A stretch of 64,000 bases of DNA. Origin: Parcubacteria group bacterium GW2011_GWA2_51_10 (GTDB lineage Bacteria > Patescibacteriota > Minisyncoccia > Phycocordibacterales > UBA2100). The DNA lies in NCBI GenBank assembly GCA_001004265.1, contig LCQS01000005.1:5371-69370 (forward strand), read 5' to 3'. The translations under genes were made by a program, and so were the position numbers. The notes under the pieces were generated by a model that had not been told where the DNA came from, did not search any database, and saw nothing but the letters and a program-made list of their open reading frames with translations. Positions 34,908 through 42,799 of the stretch are shown piece by piece. Each line of letters begins with the position of its first letter. Position 1 is the first letter of the stretch.

Positions 34908-34930
34908 GCCGACTCTTTGAGTCGGCTTTT
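34908..34930. terminator. bidirectional intrinsic terminator
   Basis: gccgactc-ttt-gagtcggc followed by TTTT on the plus strand. It lies between convergent genes. Confidence 0.7.
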
Positions 34931-35062
34931 CTAATATCCTGTTGCGAGATTTACGACTCCCGGGGCAAAGAAAATAATCATGCTGATGATGACAAGAATC
35001 GCAATGATGCCCCACAGAACCTTTACAACTTTTTTCGTGCGCCGATGGTAGAGAAAGCTCAT
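34931..35062 (-). CDS. possible small membrane protein (43 aa)
   Basis: The minus strand encodes MSFLYHRRTKKVVKVLWGIIAILVIISMIIFFAPGVVNLATGY*. It has one TM helix and is preceded by the AACTAAAAACTA motif. It is below the ORF-track cutoff, so this is my own translation. Confidence 0.3.
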   Translation of the reverse strand: MSFLYHRRTKKVVKVLWGIIAILVIISMIIFFAPGVVNLATGY

Positions 35063-35123
35063 AGGACGGTTTATAGTTTTTAGTTAAAAATGCGGAATAG
35101 AATGGATGTTAACATTATAAACG

Positions 35124-35513
35124 ATGAAAACGTTTGGGCAACGCTTGGGAGGGCGGCGCGATCCACTGCGTCTTCTCGGACGCCGGCTTTTTCTCCTACT
35201 CTTGCTTGTTCTTGTTGTGCTCGTGGGCACGAGCGTATGGAGCGTGTATTGGAAAGAGCGCGGGTCGAAGATGCTCCGAACGGAAGCAGAGGCGCAGCTT
35301 TCTGACCTGACGGCTCGGCGCGCGAAATTGGAGAAAGATCTCGCCACCTTGAAAACGGACCGCGGTATGGAAGAAATCCTTCGTGAACAGTATCAGCTCG
35401 CGCGGAGCGGGGAGCGGCTCATCATCATTGTCGATCCGCCGAAACCGAAGCCGAACGAGCAAGAACCCTCGGCCATTATGGAATGGTTCGGCAAAATATT
35501 CTCGTGGTGGTAA
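35124..35513 (+). CDS. septum formation initiator family protein (FtsB/DivIC-like)
   Basis: A single TM helix (LLLLLVLVVLVGTSVWSV), a coiled coil (AEAQLSDLTARRAKLEKDLATLKTD), then EEILREQYQLARSGERLIIIV. Confidence 0.7.
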   Translation: MKTFGQRLGGRRDPLRLLGRRLFLLLLLVLVVLVGTSVWSVYWKERGSKMLRTEAEAQLSDLTARRAKLEKDLATLKTDRGMEEILREQYQLARSGERLIIIVDPPKPKPNEQEPSAIMEWFGKIFSWW

Positions 35514-35521
35514 ATCGCTCG

Positions 35522-35620
35522 CAGGCACGTATTTTTTTGCGGTCGCTGTCTGCGCATGCTTGCGCAGCGCTCACTCTCGGCCCGTCGGCCTGCGAGAGAC
35601 CGCAAAAAAATACGTGCCTG
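35522..35620 (+). repeat. three-way-junction structured repeat (family A, copy 3)
   Basis: P1 is caggcacgtatttttttgcggtc / gaccgcaaaaaaatacgtgcctg (23 bp, perfect). P2 is ctgcgca-TGCT-tgcgcag. P3 is ctctc-ggcc-cgtc-ggcc-tgc-gagag. TCGCTC direct repeats flank it (35515-20, 35622-27). Confidence 0.8.
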
Positions 35621-35693
35621 TTCGCTCAGAGTAGATTTTTTTGATAGATTTTTATGCGAAGCAGGCGGGTTCGTCCGCCAAAGCTTCAACACA

Positions 35694-35770
35694 GGCGGGT
35701 ATAGTTTAGTGGCAGAACGATTGCCCCATAGGAAATTGCTCCGCAATTCCAACGGGGTAAACTTCCTAAA
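35694..35770 (+). other. tRNA-like fragment (acceptor 5' strand and D-arm only), not a complete tRNA
   Basis: gcgggta-TAGTTTAGTGGCAGAAC shares an identical 17-nt D-arm with the adjacent tRNA-Gly. However, I could find no T-arm and no complementary acceptor 3' strand. Confidence 0.3.
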
Positions 35771-35773
35771 TGC

Positions 35774-35844
35774 GCGAGATTAGTTTAGTGGCAGAACAGA
35801 TGCTTCCCAAGCATCGGACGCGAGTTCGATTCTCGCATCTCGCA
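35774..35844 (+). tRNA. tRNA-Gly (anticodon CCC)
   Basis: gcgagat-ta-gttt-agtggca-gaac-a-gatgc-ttCCCaa-gcatc-ggac-gcgag-ttcgatt-ctcgc-atctcgc-a. Confidence 0.9.
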
Positions 35845-35932
35845 TAGGTTTGAGCTTAATAAGTCTTTCACGTTATGCTTAGCATAATGAAAATTCGCAG
35901 AAGTGCGTTTAGCAGCGAATAGCAAGAAATTT

Positions 35933-36121
35933 ATGGCACGAAAATATTCAAAAAGCGCAGCAAAAGACGTCGAGAAAGAGATGCGTTAATACAAACGCGG
36001 CAGAGCGCATAGCGGCCGCAGCGGCAGGCTTGTAAAAAGCCGGGAACAAGCTATTGCAATCGGACTATCAAAGGCCCGTAAGAAGGGAAAGCGTGTTCCT
36101 CGAAAGCCGGCAGGACGCTGA
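35933..36121 (+). pseudogene. small basic protein (DUF6496-like) with an in-frame TAA at 35987-35989
   Basis: MARKYSKSAAKDVEKEMR*YKRGRAHSGRSGRLVKSREQAIAIGLSKARKKGKRVPRKPAGR. It aligns over its full length to the ...EKxMHEFKxGxLxSGSGxKVxSRKQAIAIxLSEAR family as I recall it. Confidence 0.5.
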
Positions 36122-36131
36122 AGTTAGTTGA

Positions 36132-36458
36132 TCAAAGGTACTTTTTTCCGTAGGCGCGCATTTCTTTGATAATGCCGCGCAGGCCGTGCCCTTTCGTAGT
36201 AAGTGTGTATTCGACATGAGCGCTTTTCCCCGGCGTTGTCTTATGCAACAAATGTTCGCGCTCAAGCACTTTCAATTTGTTAGTAAGGGTGCGTGTGCTG
36301 ATGCCGACAAGCGATTCTTCGAGCTCGCTAAATCGGCGCGGGGATTCCAATAAGTCGCGCAGTATGAGGAGCGAGCAGGAATCTCCCAAAAGATTTGCAA
36401 CCCGCGCGATAGGGCATGAACGGCACAATATGTCACGTTGTTCCTTCGTTCGGAGCAT
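36132..36458 (-). CDS. HxlR family transcriptional regulator
   Basis: CPIARVANLLGDSCSLLILRDLLESPRRFSELEESLVGISTRTLTNKLKVLEREHLL. Confidence 0.85.
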   Translation of the reverse strand: MLRTKEQRDILCRSCPIARVANLLGDSCSLLILRDLLESPRRFSELEESLVGISTRTLTNKLKVLEREHLLHKTTPGKSAHVEYTLTTKGHGLRGIIKEMRAYGKKYL

Positions 36459-36533
36459 TATCCACAGAATAGCATCTTCGTAGACGCTTTACAAAGTAAA
36501 GCGCGGGCTATATACTTTCAGCATTATTTCTAA

Positions 36534-37142
36534 ATGCACCAGCATGATATGGATACGACAGAGCGATTACGAGTCAAATTAATTCTTGGCAGCACTCGAC
36601 CGAGCCGCTTCAGCGAGAAAGCGGGGGCGTGGATCAAAGAGCAAGCCGCAAAGCGGCCCGAATTCGACATAGAGCTTCTCGACCTGCGCGAATATCAGCT
36701 CCCATTTTACGATGAATCAGTGTCACCGAGCACGATAAAGGACGGCAATTATGCAAAAGATGAAGTTAAACGGTGGTCCGAAAAGATACGTGAAGCAGAT
36801 GCTTACATCATCGTAGCGCCAGAGTACAACCATGGCATTCCGGCAGTTCTTAAGAATGCGCTCGACTATGTGTATTATGAATGGAATAGGAAACCGGTCG
36901 CATTCATTGCCTACGGAAGTGTTGCTGGCGCTCGTTCTGTCGAGCAGCTAAGGGAAGTTGCGGTAGAACTTCAAATGGCACCCGTAAGACAGGCAGTCCA
37001 TATTCCAAATCCTTGGGAATTATTGGAGGAAAACGGTAGCCTGAAAAAAGGTGCCCTAGATCCATATCAGAAGAGCGCGGCGATAATGCTCGATAATCTT
37101 CTGTGGTGGGGAAGAGCACTAAAAGCTGCCCGCGCGGCGTGA
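36534..37142 (+). CDS. NAD(P)H-dependent FMN reductase family protein
   Basis: VKLILGSTRPSRFSEKAGAWI and ADAYIIVAPEYNHGIPAVLKNALDY. It is divergent from the HxlR regulator. Confidence 0.8.
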   Translation: MHQHDMDTTERLRVKLILGSTRPSRFSEKAGAWIKEQAAKRPEFDIELLDLREYQLPFYDESVSPSTIKDGNYAKDEVKRWSEKIREADAYIIVAPEYNHGIPAVLKNALDYVYYEWNRKPVAFIAYGSVAGARSVEQLREVAVELQMAPVRQAVHIPNPWELLEENGSLKKGALDPYQKSAAIMLDNLLWWGRALKAARAA

Positions 37143-37190
37143 GAGTTTTCGAAGTGTGATATACTACCCACTTAAAAAAATAAAAAACAT

Positions 37191-37433
37191 ATGCAAACAC
37201 AATCGCAGGTCACCATTTATACGACACCGACATGCCACTTTTGCCACGCGGCGAAAGAATTTTTTAACGAGAACCACATTTCCTTTACAGAATTCGATGT
37301 CGCAAAGGATTTAGCCAAGCGCCAAGAAATGGTACAAAAAAGCGGACAAATGGGAGTGCCGGTGATTCTGGCCAGCGGCGAGATAATCGTCGGTTTTGAC
37401 GAAGAGCGTTTGCGGGAGGTCCTCAAAGTTTAA
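37191..37433 (+). CDS. glutaredoxin-like protein (NrdH/YruB type)
   Basis: VTIYTTPTCHFCHAAKEFF (CxxC) ... GVPVILASGEIIVGFDEERLREVL. Confidence 0.8.
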   Translation: MQTQSQVTIYTTPTCHFCHAAKEFFNENHISFTEFDVAKDLAKRQEMVQKSGQMGVPVILASGEIIVGFDEERLREVLKV

Positions 37434-37478
37434 TTCTGCGAAGGTGCATATGTTACATTGGGAGGGGCGCCGTCGGCG

Positions 37479-37550
37479 CCCCGCGTAGTTCAATGGATAG
37501 AACAGCGGCGTCCTAAGCTGTCGATCTCGGTTCGATTCCGGGCGCGGGGA
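37479..37550 (+). tRNA. tRNA-Arg (anticodon CCU)
   Basis: ccccgcg-ta-gttc-aatggat-agaac-a-gcggc-gtCCTaa-gctgt-cgat-ctcgg-ttcgatt-ccggg-cgcgggg-a. The 5' end overlaps a ggggcgcc-gtc-ggcgcccc hairpin. Confidence 0.88.
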
Positions 37551-37637
37551 TAGAGATTTGAGATTTATTTTCGATGTTATACAGTACTGCCGGGTTGTCC
37601 GGATACGTAGGGATTCTTCTCTACAGAAAGGATTCGC

Positions 37638-37961
37638 ATGAAAACGTTTCTTGAAGTTGCCGAGCAGGTCGCTGCCGCACTTCTGCACGATTGCACGGAC
37701 GTATCGATTCTGCGCGGTGTCGAGATGAACGACGTCGAGTCACTGCGTATTCATTTCGGCATCACGCGCAACCGGTGGAACCGTAGTCAGAAGTTCGTAG
37801 TGCTGAGGGCGTGGATAGGGCCAGATACACACGTCCATATGTCGTTCACGGGCTCGGAGGTGCCACATGCAAGCACGGTTGTGCCGTTCGCAGGGCAACA
37901 GCGCCCGCTCGGGGAATTCAGGAAGTTCGTCGGGCTGGCTTTGGATGCCTCCCGCGGATAA
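37638..37961 (+). CDS. hypothetical protein (107 aa)
   Basis: An ORF with a weak SD (aaagga). It is followed by the hairpin aaatccgatcgcc-tctgcg-ggcgatcggattt (37973-38004). No family recognised. Confidence 0.4.
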   Translation: MKTFLEVAEQVAAALLHDCTDVSILRGVEMNDVESLRIHFGITRNRWNRSQKFVVLRAWIGPDTHVHMSFTGSEVPHASTVVPFAGQQRPLGEFRKFVGLALDASRG

Positions 37962-38019
37962 GTTCCGCACTAAATCCGATCGCCTCTGCGGGCGATCGGA
38001 TTTCCTACATGATAAACTG

Positions 38020-38337
38020 ATGGTTATGGAACCGAATCACGATGACCTCTTGAGGGAGACATATCGGCTCTCGCGCGAGAATAATAAAATGCTCCATGCA
38101 ATGCGCAGAAGTGCATTCATAGGCGGCATCTTTAAATTCATATTCTATATTCTGATTCTGGTTGTGGCTCCGCTCTGGCTCTTCAACACCTATCTTGCGC
38201 CTATGTTGGAACAGTTAAATGAAACTATGTCGCAAGTTCGCGGTGCCGGCTCGCAGGCGCAGTCACAGTTTGATAGTTTCCAACAAGCATGGCAGCAATT
38301 CCAATCGCAGTTTTCATCTCAGAAGCCTGGTGAATAA
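38020..38337 (+). CDS. hypothetical membrane protein (105 aa)
   Basis: One TM helix (FIGGIFKFIFYILILVVAPLWLF) and a Q-rich tail. The portion upstream of 38020 overlaps the preceding ORF and hairpin. Confidence 0.45.
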   Translation: MVMEPNHDDLLRETYRLSRENNKMLHAMRRSAFIGGIFKFIFYILILVVAPLWLFNTYLAPMLEQLNETMSQVRGAGSQAQSQFDSFQQAWQQFQSQFSSQKPGE

Positions 38338-38367
38338 ATGCTGCGCCTGTGATAAAGTATTCCAGCT

Positions 38368-38441
38368 GCCCAGATAGCTCAGGTAGTTAGAGCATTCCCC
38401 TGAAGAGGGAAGGGTGGTCAGTGCAAGTCTGACTCTGGGCA
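38368..38441 (+). tRNA. tRNA-Phe (anticodon GAA) with an atypical T-loop
   Basis: gcccaga-ta-gctc-aggtagtta-gagc-a-ttccc-ctGAAga-gggaa-gggtg-gtcag-tgcaagt-ctgac-tctgggc-a. The T-loop is UGCAAGU, with G where U55 is expected. Confidence 0.85.
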
Positions 38442-38477
38442 CTTCGATTCATCACACTCACTCAGTGCAGGCACAAA

Positions 38478-39053
38478 TCAAAATCCTAGAGTATATGTGA
38501 GTGCGCTGCCGCGTTCCTGGAGCCACTTCGACGTATCCAATTTTATTTCCCGCAGCTTTCCGAGGTCTCGGTATTTCACGTTTCCGTGTGTGAGTGCATG
38601 ATCGAAGATTTTCTTCGTGAGCTCGACGTCGCGTTTACAGTATTCTTTCACCTTATCGATCTCGCCGGCTTTCCACCACTCAAGCGATTGAGCGCCGTCG
38701 CCGCTCTTACGCTCTCCCAGCGTTCCCTCTGCCACGGCATCGAGCCGCAAACGCCGGCCTAGAACTGTGTATATTTCCCTCATGAGGTCGACGCTTTTGA
38801 TGCGTGATAGGTCGCCCGGATAGTATTTGTTGAGGAGCGGAATGTCGAAATGATCCGAATTGTATCCGACAAGCACGTCTGTTCCTTCAAGTATTTTCCA
38901 TAATCTCGGCAACTCATTTTCGAGAAAGCACTCATATGTATCGTTCTGCGAATCATGGACAGCGACGAGCGCAATCGAAAGATCCGCGGGGTCGTATGAG
39001 CCCACATCAGACATCCAATTTGATGTCTCGATGTCAAAAGTAACAATACGCAT
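38478..39053 (-). CDS. RNase H-like / DEDD-type 3'-5' exonuclease domain protein
   Basis: MRIVTFDIETSNW (Exo I DxE), VGYNSDHFDIPLL (Exo II), and YCKRDVELT (Exo III-like). Confidence 0.7.
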   Translation of the reverse strand: MRIVTFDIETSNWMSDVGSYDPADLSIALVAVHDSQNDTYECFLENELPRLWKILEGTDVLVGYNSDHFDIPLLNKYYPGDLSRIKSVDLMREIYTVLGRRLRLDAVAEGTLGERKSGDGAQSLEWWKAGEIDKVKEYCKRDVELTKKIFDHALTHGNVKYRDLGKLREIKLDTSKWLQERGSALTYTLGF

Positions 39054-39074
39054 AGTTAGTAGAAAGTCGGGAAA

Positions 39075-40340
39075 TTAGCCCAAACTGCTGAATAGATGCT
39101 CGGCAATGCGATCTGCGGGAAGCGTGATTTCTGCGCCGCTCGAGAGATTTTTAATAGTGTAGCGTCCCGATTCGCGCTCTTGCGCGCCAACCGTAATGAC
39201 GAATGGAATCTTCATTTTGTCAGCCTGGCGTATCTGATCTCCGACGCGCTTTTCAGAGAGATTAACCGCAACGGCGACGTCTTCTCGCCGCAATTCCTGC
39301 GCGAGGCGCATCGCGTGCGGCAGGGCGGCCCTCTCGACGATGCAGAGCATCAGCTCGGTGGCGGGGGAGTATTCCGGAAGCAGATTGTGCGTCTCAAGAA
39401 AGTCGCGAGCAGTCACATCGCCCATGCCGAAGCCAACTGCCGGAATTGACTCGCCTCCGAACGCAGCAAGAAGATTATCGTAGCGACCGCCGCCAAAAAG
39501 AGCACGACGGTTACTTTCGTCTGTGTCATAAACCTCAAATACCATGCCCGTGTAGTAATCGAAACCGCGCGTGATATTCGTGTCGACAATCATGTTCCGC
39601 ACGCCCATGTGTTCGAGCTGTGTCCGGAGCTCCTCAAGGTACGCGGTGCTCGTGGTGCGTTCAAGCATCAGAAGCAGAGCCGACACCTTCGAGTCGTCGT
39701 GGAGTGCGGCCGAAAGGGCATCCTTGAAATCTTTGTTTTTTCCTCGGCTGTCGAGAATTCGAGTAACAGGTGCGCGAGTACCATTTTCGACACCGATTTC
39801 ATCGTAAATCGCATCAAGTATGCGGCGATCCGATACTCGAATCTCGAAATTTCTCTCGTCCGCTCCCATGGAGCGCAAAATGCCATGTGCTATCGCAATT
39901 ATTTCCGCATCCGCCTCGACGCCGGCGGCTCCAATTAGATCTGCATTCAGCTGCCAATGCTCACGCAGGCGGCCTTTCTGGGGCCGCTCATACCGGAATA
40001 CGTTGGGAATCGAATACCAGCGCGCGGGAAGCGGTATCTCTCGCGAGCGCAGGGCGATCATGCGCGCTAATGTCGGCGTCATTTCAGGGCGGAGTGCCAC
40101 TTCGCGCCCGCCTCTGTCAGTGAACGTGTACATTTGTTCATTGACGATTTCTTCCGATGTTTTTTCCCTGTAGATTTCAGCATGTTCGAGAATTGAAGCC
40201 CCGTATTCTTCATAGCCAAAAAGTTCGCATATGCGCTCCATGTGCTCGAAAAGATAGCGCAGCACGAATTGGTCTTCAGGATAAAAGTCGCGGACTCCCT
40301 TATAACTGTCAACAGAGATTTTGTCTCGCTGCTTTGCCAT
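39075..40340 (-). CDS. hisS: histidine--tRNA ligase
   Basis: GVRDFYPED, REVALRPEMTPTLARM, RWYSIPNVFRYERPQKGRLREHWQLN and GGGRYDNL. Start moved to MAKQRDKISVDSYKG. Confidence 0.93.
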   Translation of the reverse strand: MAKQRDKISVDSYKGVRDFYPEDQFVLRYLFEHMERICELFGYEEYGASILEHAEIYREKTSEEIVNEQMYTFTDRGGREVALRPEMTPTLARMIALRSREIPLPARWYSIPNVFRYERPQKGRLREHWQLNADLIGAAGVEADAEIIAIAHGILRSMGADERNFEIRVSDRRILDAIYDEIGVENGTRAPVTRILDSRGKNKDFKDALSAALHDDSKVSALLLMLERTTSTAYLEELRTQLEHMGVRNMIVDTNITRGFDYYTGMVFEVYDTDESNRRALFGGGRYDNLLAAFGGESIPAVGFGMGDVTARDFLETHNLLPEYSPATELMLCIVERAALPHAMRLAQELRREDVAVAVNLSEKRVGDQIRQADKMKIPFVITVGAQERESGRYTIKNLSSGAEITLPADRIAEHLFSSLG

Positions 40341-40427
40341 CCTCGATATTATAGAGCGTAAAGCGCATAGCGACCAGTTCCATGTTCTTGAACTATGTTC
40401 GTTATTGCTATAGCATATCCATTCGAT

Positions 40428-40895
40428 ATGCGTAGGCACTTTTTCCAGGCTCGTTTTGCAATCCAAAAATCGAGGCCCGGCCTTGGGCACGGTCTTTTTG
40501 CAACAGCGAACCTCAGTAAAGGCGATTTTGTTCTTGAATACACGGGAAAGAAAATCCCGACGAAGCTTGCGGATGAGATAACATCACGGTATCTCTTTGA
40601 AATAGACAGAAAATGGACCGTGGACGGGTCTGTGCAGTCAAACCTCGCACGCTATATTAATCACTCGTGTGAGCCTAACTGTGAATGCGTGCTTGAAGGC
40701 GGGCGAATTCTTATCTATGCATCGCGCGACATTGAAAAAGGCGAGGAACTTTCTTTTGATTACGGAGAGGAATATTTTGATGAATACATTAAGCCAATGG
40801 GATGCAAATGCCACAAGTGCAGGTTACAGGGAACAGGTCACGGGTTGCAGAGTAGAGGCACGGTGTATTCTGATCAACTGTCACCTGAAACCTGA
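40428..40895 (+). CDS. SET domain protein (putative protein lysine methyltransferase)
   Basis: GHGLFATANLSKGDFVLEYTGKKI, ARYINHSCEPNC, GEELSFDYG, and a post-SET-like CKCHKC. An alternative ATG is at 40395. Confidence 0.8.
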   Translation: MRRHFFQARFAIQKSRPGLGHGLFATANLSKGDFVLEYTGKKIPTKLADEITSRYLFEIDRKWTVDGSVQSNLARYINHSCEPNCECVLEGGRILIYASRDIEKGEELSFDYGEEYFDEYIKPMGCKCHKCRLQGTGHGLQSRGTVYSDQLSPET

Positions 40896-40910
40896 AGCCG
40901 GTAGCCTTTG

Positions 40911-41426
40911 CTAGGCACTGCCGATGAGAAGGCCGGAAACAAATACCAACGCTCCGCCGATCACGACTTGCAAAATGGATGTCCAGAACCTCATTCTAAA
41001 ATAGTGATATCGAATGTAAGCGATTGCGATTAACTCAAGTCCGACGACGAGGTATGCGACATAGAGCGCGAGCGTGAGGTTCGTGATAAGAAACGGAAGT
41101 GTATGCAGTATTCCGCCGATGAACGTCGTGACGCCGACGATCGCGCCACGCATTACAGGGTGGCCGCGTCCGGTGTGTTCGCCCGTGTCGGAGAGAGCTT
41201 CGGAGAACGCCATGCTGATGCCGGCGCCGACCGCCGCAGATGCGCCGATGAGGAATGCTACGCGGCTGTTCTGCGTCGCGAATGCGGCCGCGAATATGGG
41301 CGCCAGCGTCGAAATGGAGCCGTCCATGAGGCCAATAAGAGCCGGCTGCACGACTTTCAACAAGAAAGGAATATTGAGGGGTTCGTCTCTGCGCATACCA
41401 AACATGTGAATAGTATTACTCGACAC
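40911..41426 (-). CDS. VIT1/CCC1-family iron/manganese transporter (short form)
   Basis: LIGLMDGSISTLAPIFAAAF, GAGISMAFSEALSD, and three C-terminal TM helices. Confidence 0.75.
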   Translation of the reverse strand: MSSNTIHMFGMRRDEPLNIPFLLKVVQPALIGLMDGSISTLAPIFAAAFATQNSRVAFLIGASAAVGAGISMAFSEALSDTGEHTGRGHPVMRGAIVGVTTFIGGILHTLPFLITNLTLALYVAYLVVGLELIAIAYIRYHYFRMRFWTSILQVVIGGALVFVSGLLIGSA

Positions 41427-41456
41427 AGAGGCGGAGGCAAATTACAATGCATCGAC

Positions 41457-41831
41457 ATGAGCGGAACAAAAATCTTTTGGCTCGGACTTGCAATTTTAGT
41501 GGTCGCTGGCGTTGTTTTAAGTTTCTTTGTGAAGCAGACGCCGGGGAGACTTGATACGTTCGCACAGTGCATCAAAGATTCCGGTACCACCTATTATGGA
41601 GCATTCTGGTGTCCGAATTGCCAGGCTCAGAATAAAATGTTCGGAAAATCAAAGCCACTCCTTCCGTATGTGGAATGTTCGACGCCAGATGGAAGAGACC
41701 AGCTTCAGGTATGCAAGGATAAAAGTATTACGAATTACCCGACGTGGGAATTTCCCGATGGATCTCGCTTGATCGGCGTGCAGCAATTGCAGGTGCTGGG
41801 AGAGAAAACCAGCTGCGCATTGCCGCAGTAG
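41457..41831 (+). CDS. membrane-anchored thioredoxin-like oxidoreductase (VKOR-associated Trx-domain type)
   Basis: A TM anchor, then TYYGAFWCPNCQAQNKMFGKS...YVECSTPDG...CKDKSITNYPTWEF. It resembles the Trx-like domain fused to bacterial VKOR (recalled). Confidence 0.65.
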   Translation: MSGTKIFWLGLAILVVAGVVLSFFVKQTPGRLDTFAQCIKDSGTTYYGAFWCPNCQAQNKMFGKSKPLLPYVECSTPDGRDQLQVCKDKSITNYPTWEFPDGSRLIGVQQLQVLGEKTSCALPQ

Positions 41832-41832
41832 T

Positions 41833-42366
41833 ATGCTTGCGCTTGCGAACGCGAATGCCGCGGTCGGCCTCGGCACGCTATTCCTTGAAATAGCCACAGT
41901 CATTCTTATCGTCGCGTATTTTACGCGATCGCGGTATCAGATCTCCCGTCTAATTGCAGGCTTCTTTTCACAGCGAGGGTTGCTTATAGCTTTCTTATTT
42001 GCAACTGTCGGATCGATTCTGACGCTTTATTATTCTGAAGTGCTCGGCATTGAGCCATGCTCTCTCTGCTGGTGGCAGCGGATTTTCCTCTACCCGCAGG
42101 TCGTCATGCTTGCAATCGCACTTTGGTTGAAAGATACTCGAATCGTCATTTACTCGATCGCACTCTCCATTATCGGAGCAGGTTTCGGACTCTATCAACA
42201 TGCGCTCCAAATGTTGGGGGAAGGGTCTCTCCCATGCCCTGCGACGACCGTCAGCTGTGCGCAGCGCTTCCTTTTCGAATTCAACCACATTACGTTTCCA
42301 TTTGCGGCGTTTGTGTTATTTACATTTCTCATCATCACCATGCTTTTTGTTCGTCAGCGTGTTTGA
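41833..42366 (+). CDS. disulfide bond formation protein (DsbB/BdbC family)
   Basis: 4 TM; EPCSLCWWQRIFLYP (CxxC in loop 1) and a second Cys pair, LPCPATTVSC. Confidence 0.8.
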   Translation: MLALANANAAVGLGTLFLEIATVILIVAYFTRSRYQISRLIAGFFSQRGLLIAFLFATVGSILTLYYSEVLGIEPCSLCWWQRIFLYPQVVMLAIALWLKDTRIVIYSIALSIIGAGFGLYQHALQMLGEGSLPCPATTVSCAQRFLFEFNHITFPFAAFVLFTFLIITMLFVRQRV

Positions 42367-42421
42367 CAGCAGAAATGCCTGCAGTTAGTGTACGACTTGG
42401 CCACAATATGGAGGGAGCATC

Positions 42422-42799
42422 GTGCGTACCAAACCCAAGAAGCGTGTATTCGATTTTTCCGGATTGATTGCAACCCGGATCGTGGGGGATCCAATGAGCG
42501 GAGAGAGCACCAATCTTGAGCCGAAGCGCGGCGCAAGATTGTTGCCCATCTATCGCCGAATGCTCATGGATATGAGCCTAGCGGTTGGCGATGCAGTTTG
42601 CTGCAAGGATCGTGGCAAACTAATTCGCGCATCGGTCGAAGAGATCGATGAAGAGAAAGTTTCGGCGCTCATGCGCTTGCGCGGAGAATCAGTTCTTCTC
42701 GCTCGCGAAAGGTTGTTGAGACGCATTTTCCAGCGCGGCAGTAAAGAATTTATTGCAAGCCCAACCCCATACGAAGCTGGGAAAAAGACCAGAATATAA
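42422..42799 (+). CDS. hypothetical protein
   Basis: GTG start with a strong SD (GGAGGGAG) 5 nt upstream. No family recognised. Confidence 0.4.
   Translation: MRTKPKKRVFDFSGLIATRIVGDPMSGESTNLEPKRGARLLPIYRRMLMDMSLAVGDAVCCKDRGKLIRASVEEIDEEKVSALMRLRGESVLLARERLLRRIFQRGSKEFIASPTPYEAGKKTRI

Noticed and set aside
35987-35989. Alternative genetic code (stop-codon reassignment)
   Set aside because: TAA, TAG and TGA all terminate well-conserved genes at the expected positions in this window: nth with TAA, groEL with TAG and ddl with TGA. No conserved gene needs an in-frame stop read through, apart from this single TAA.
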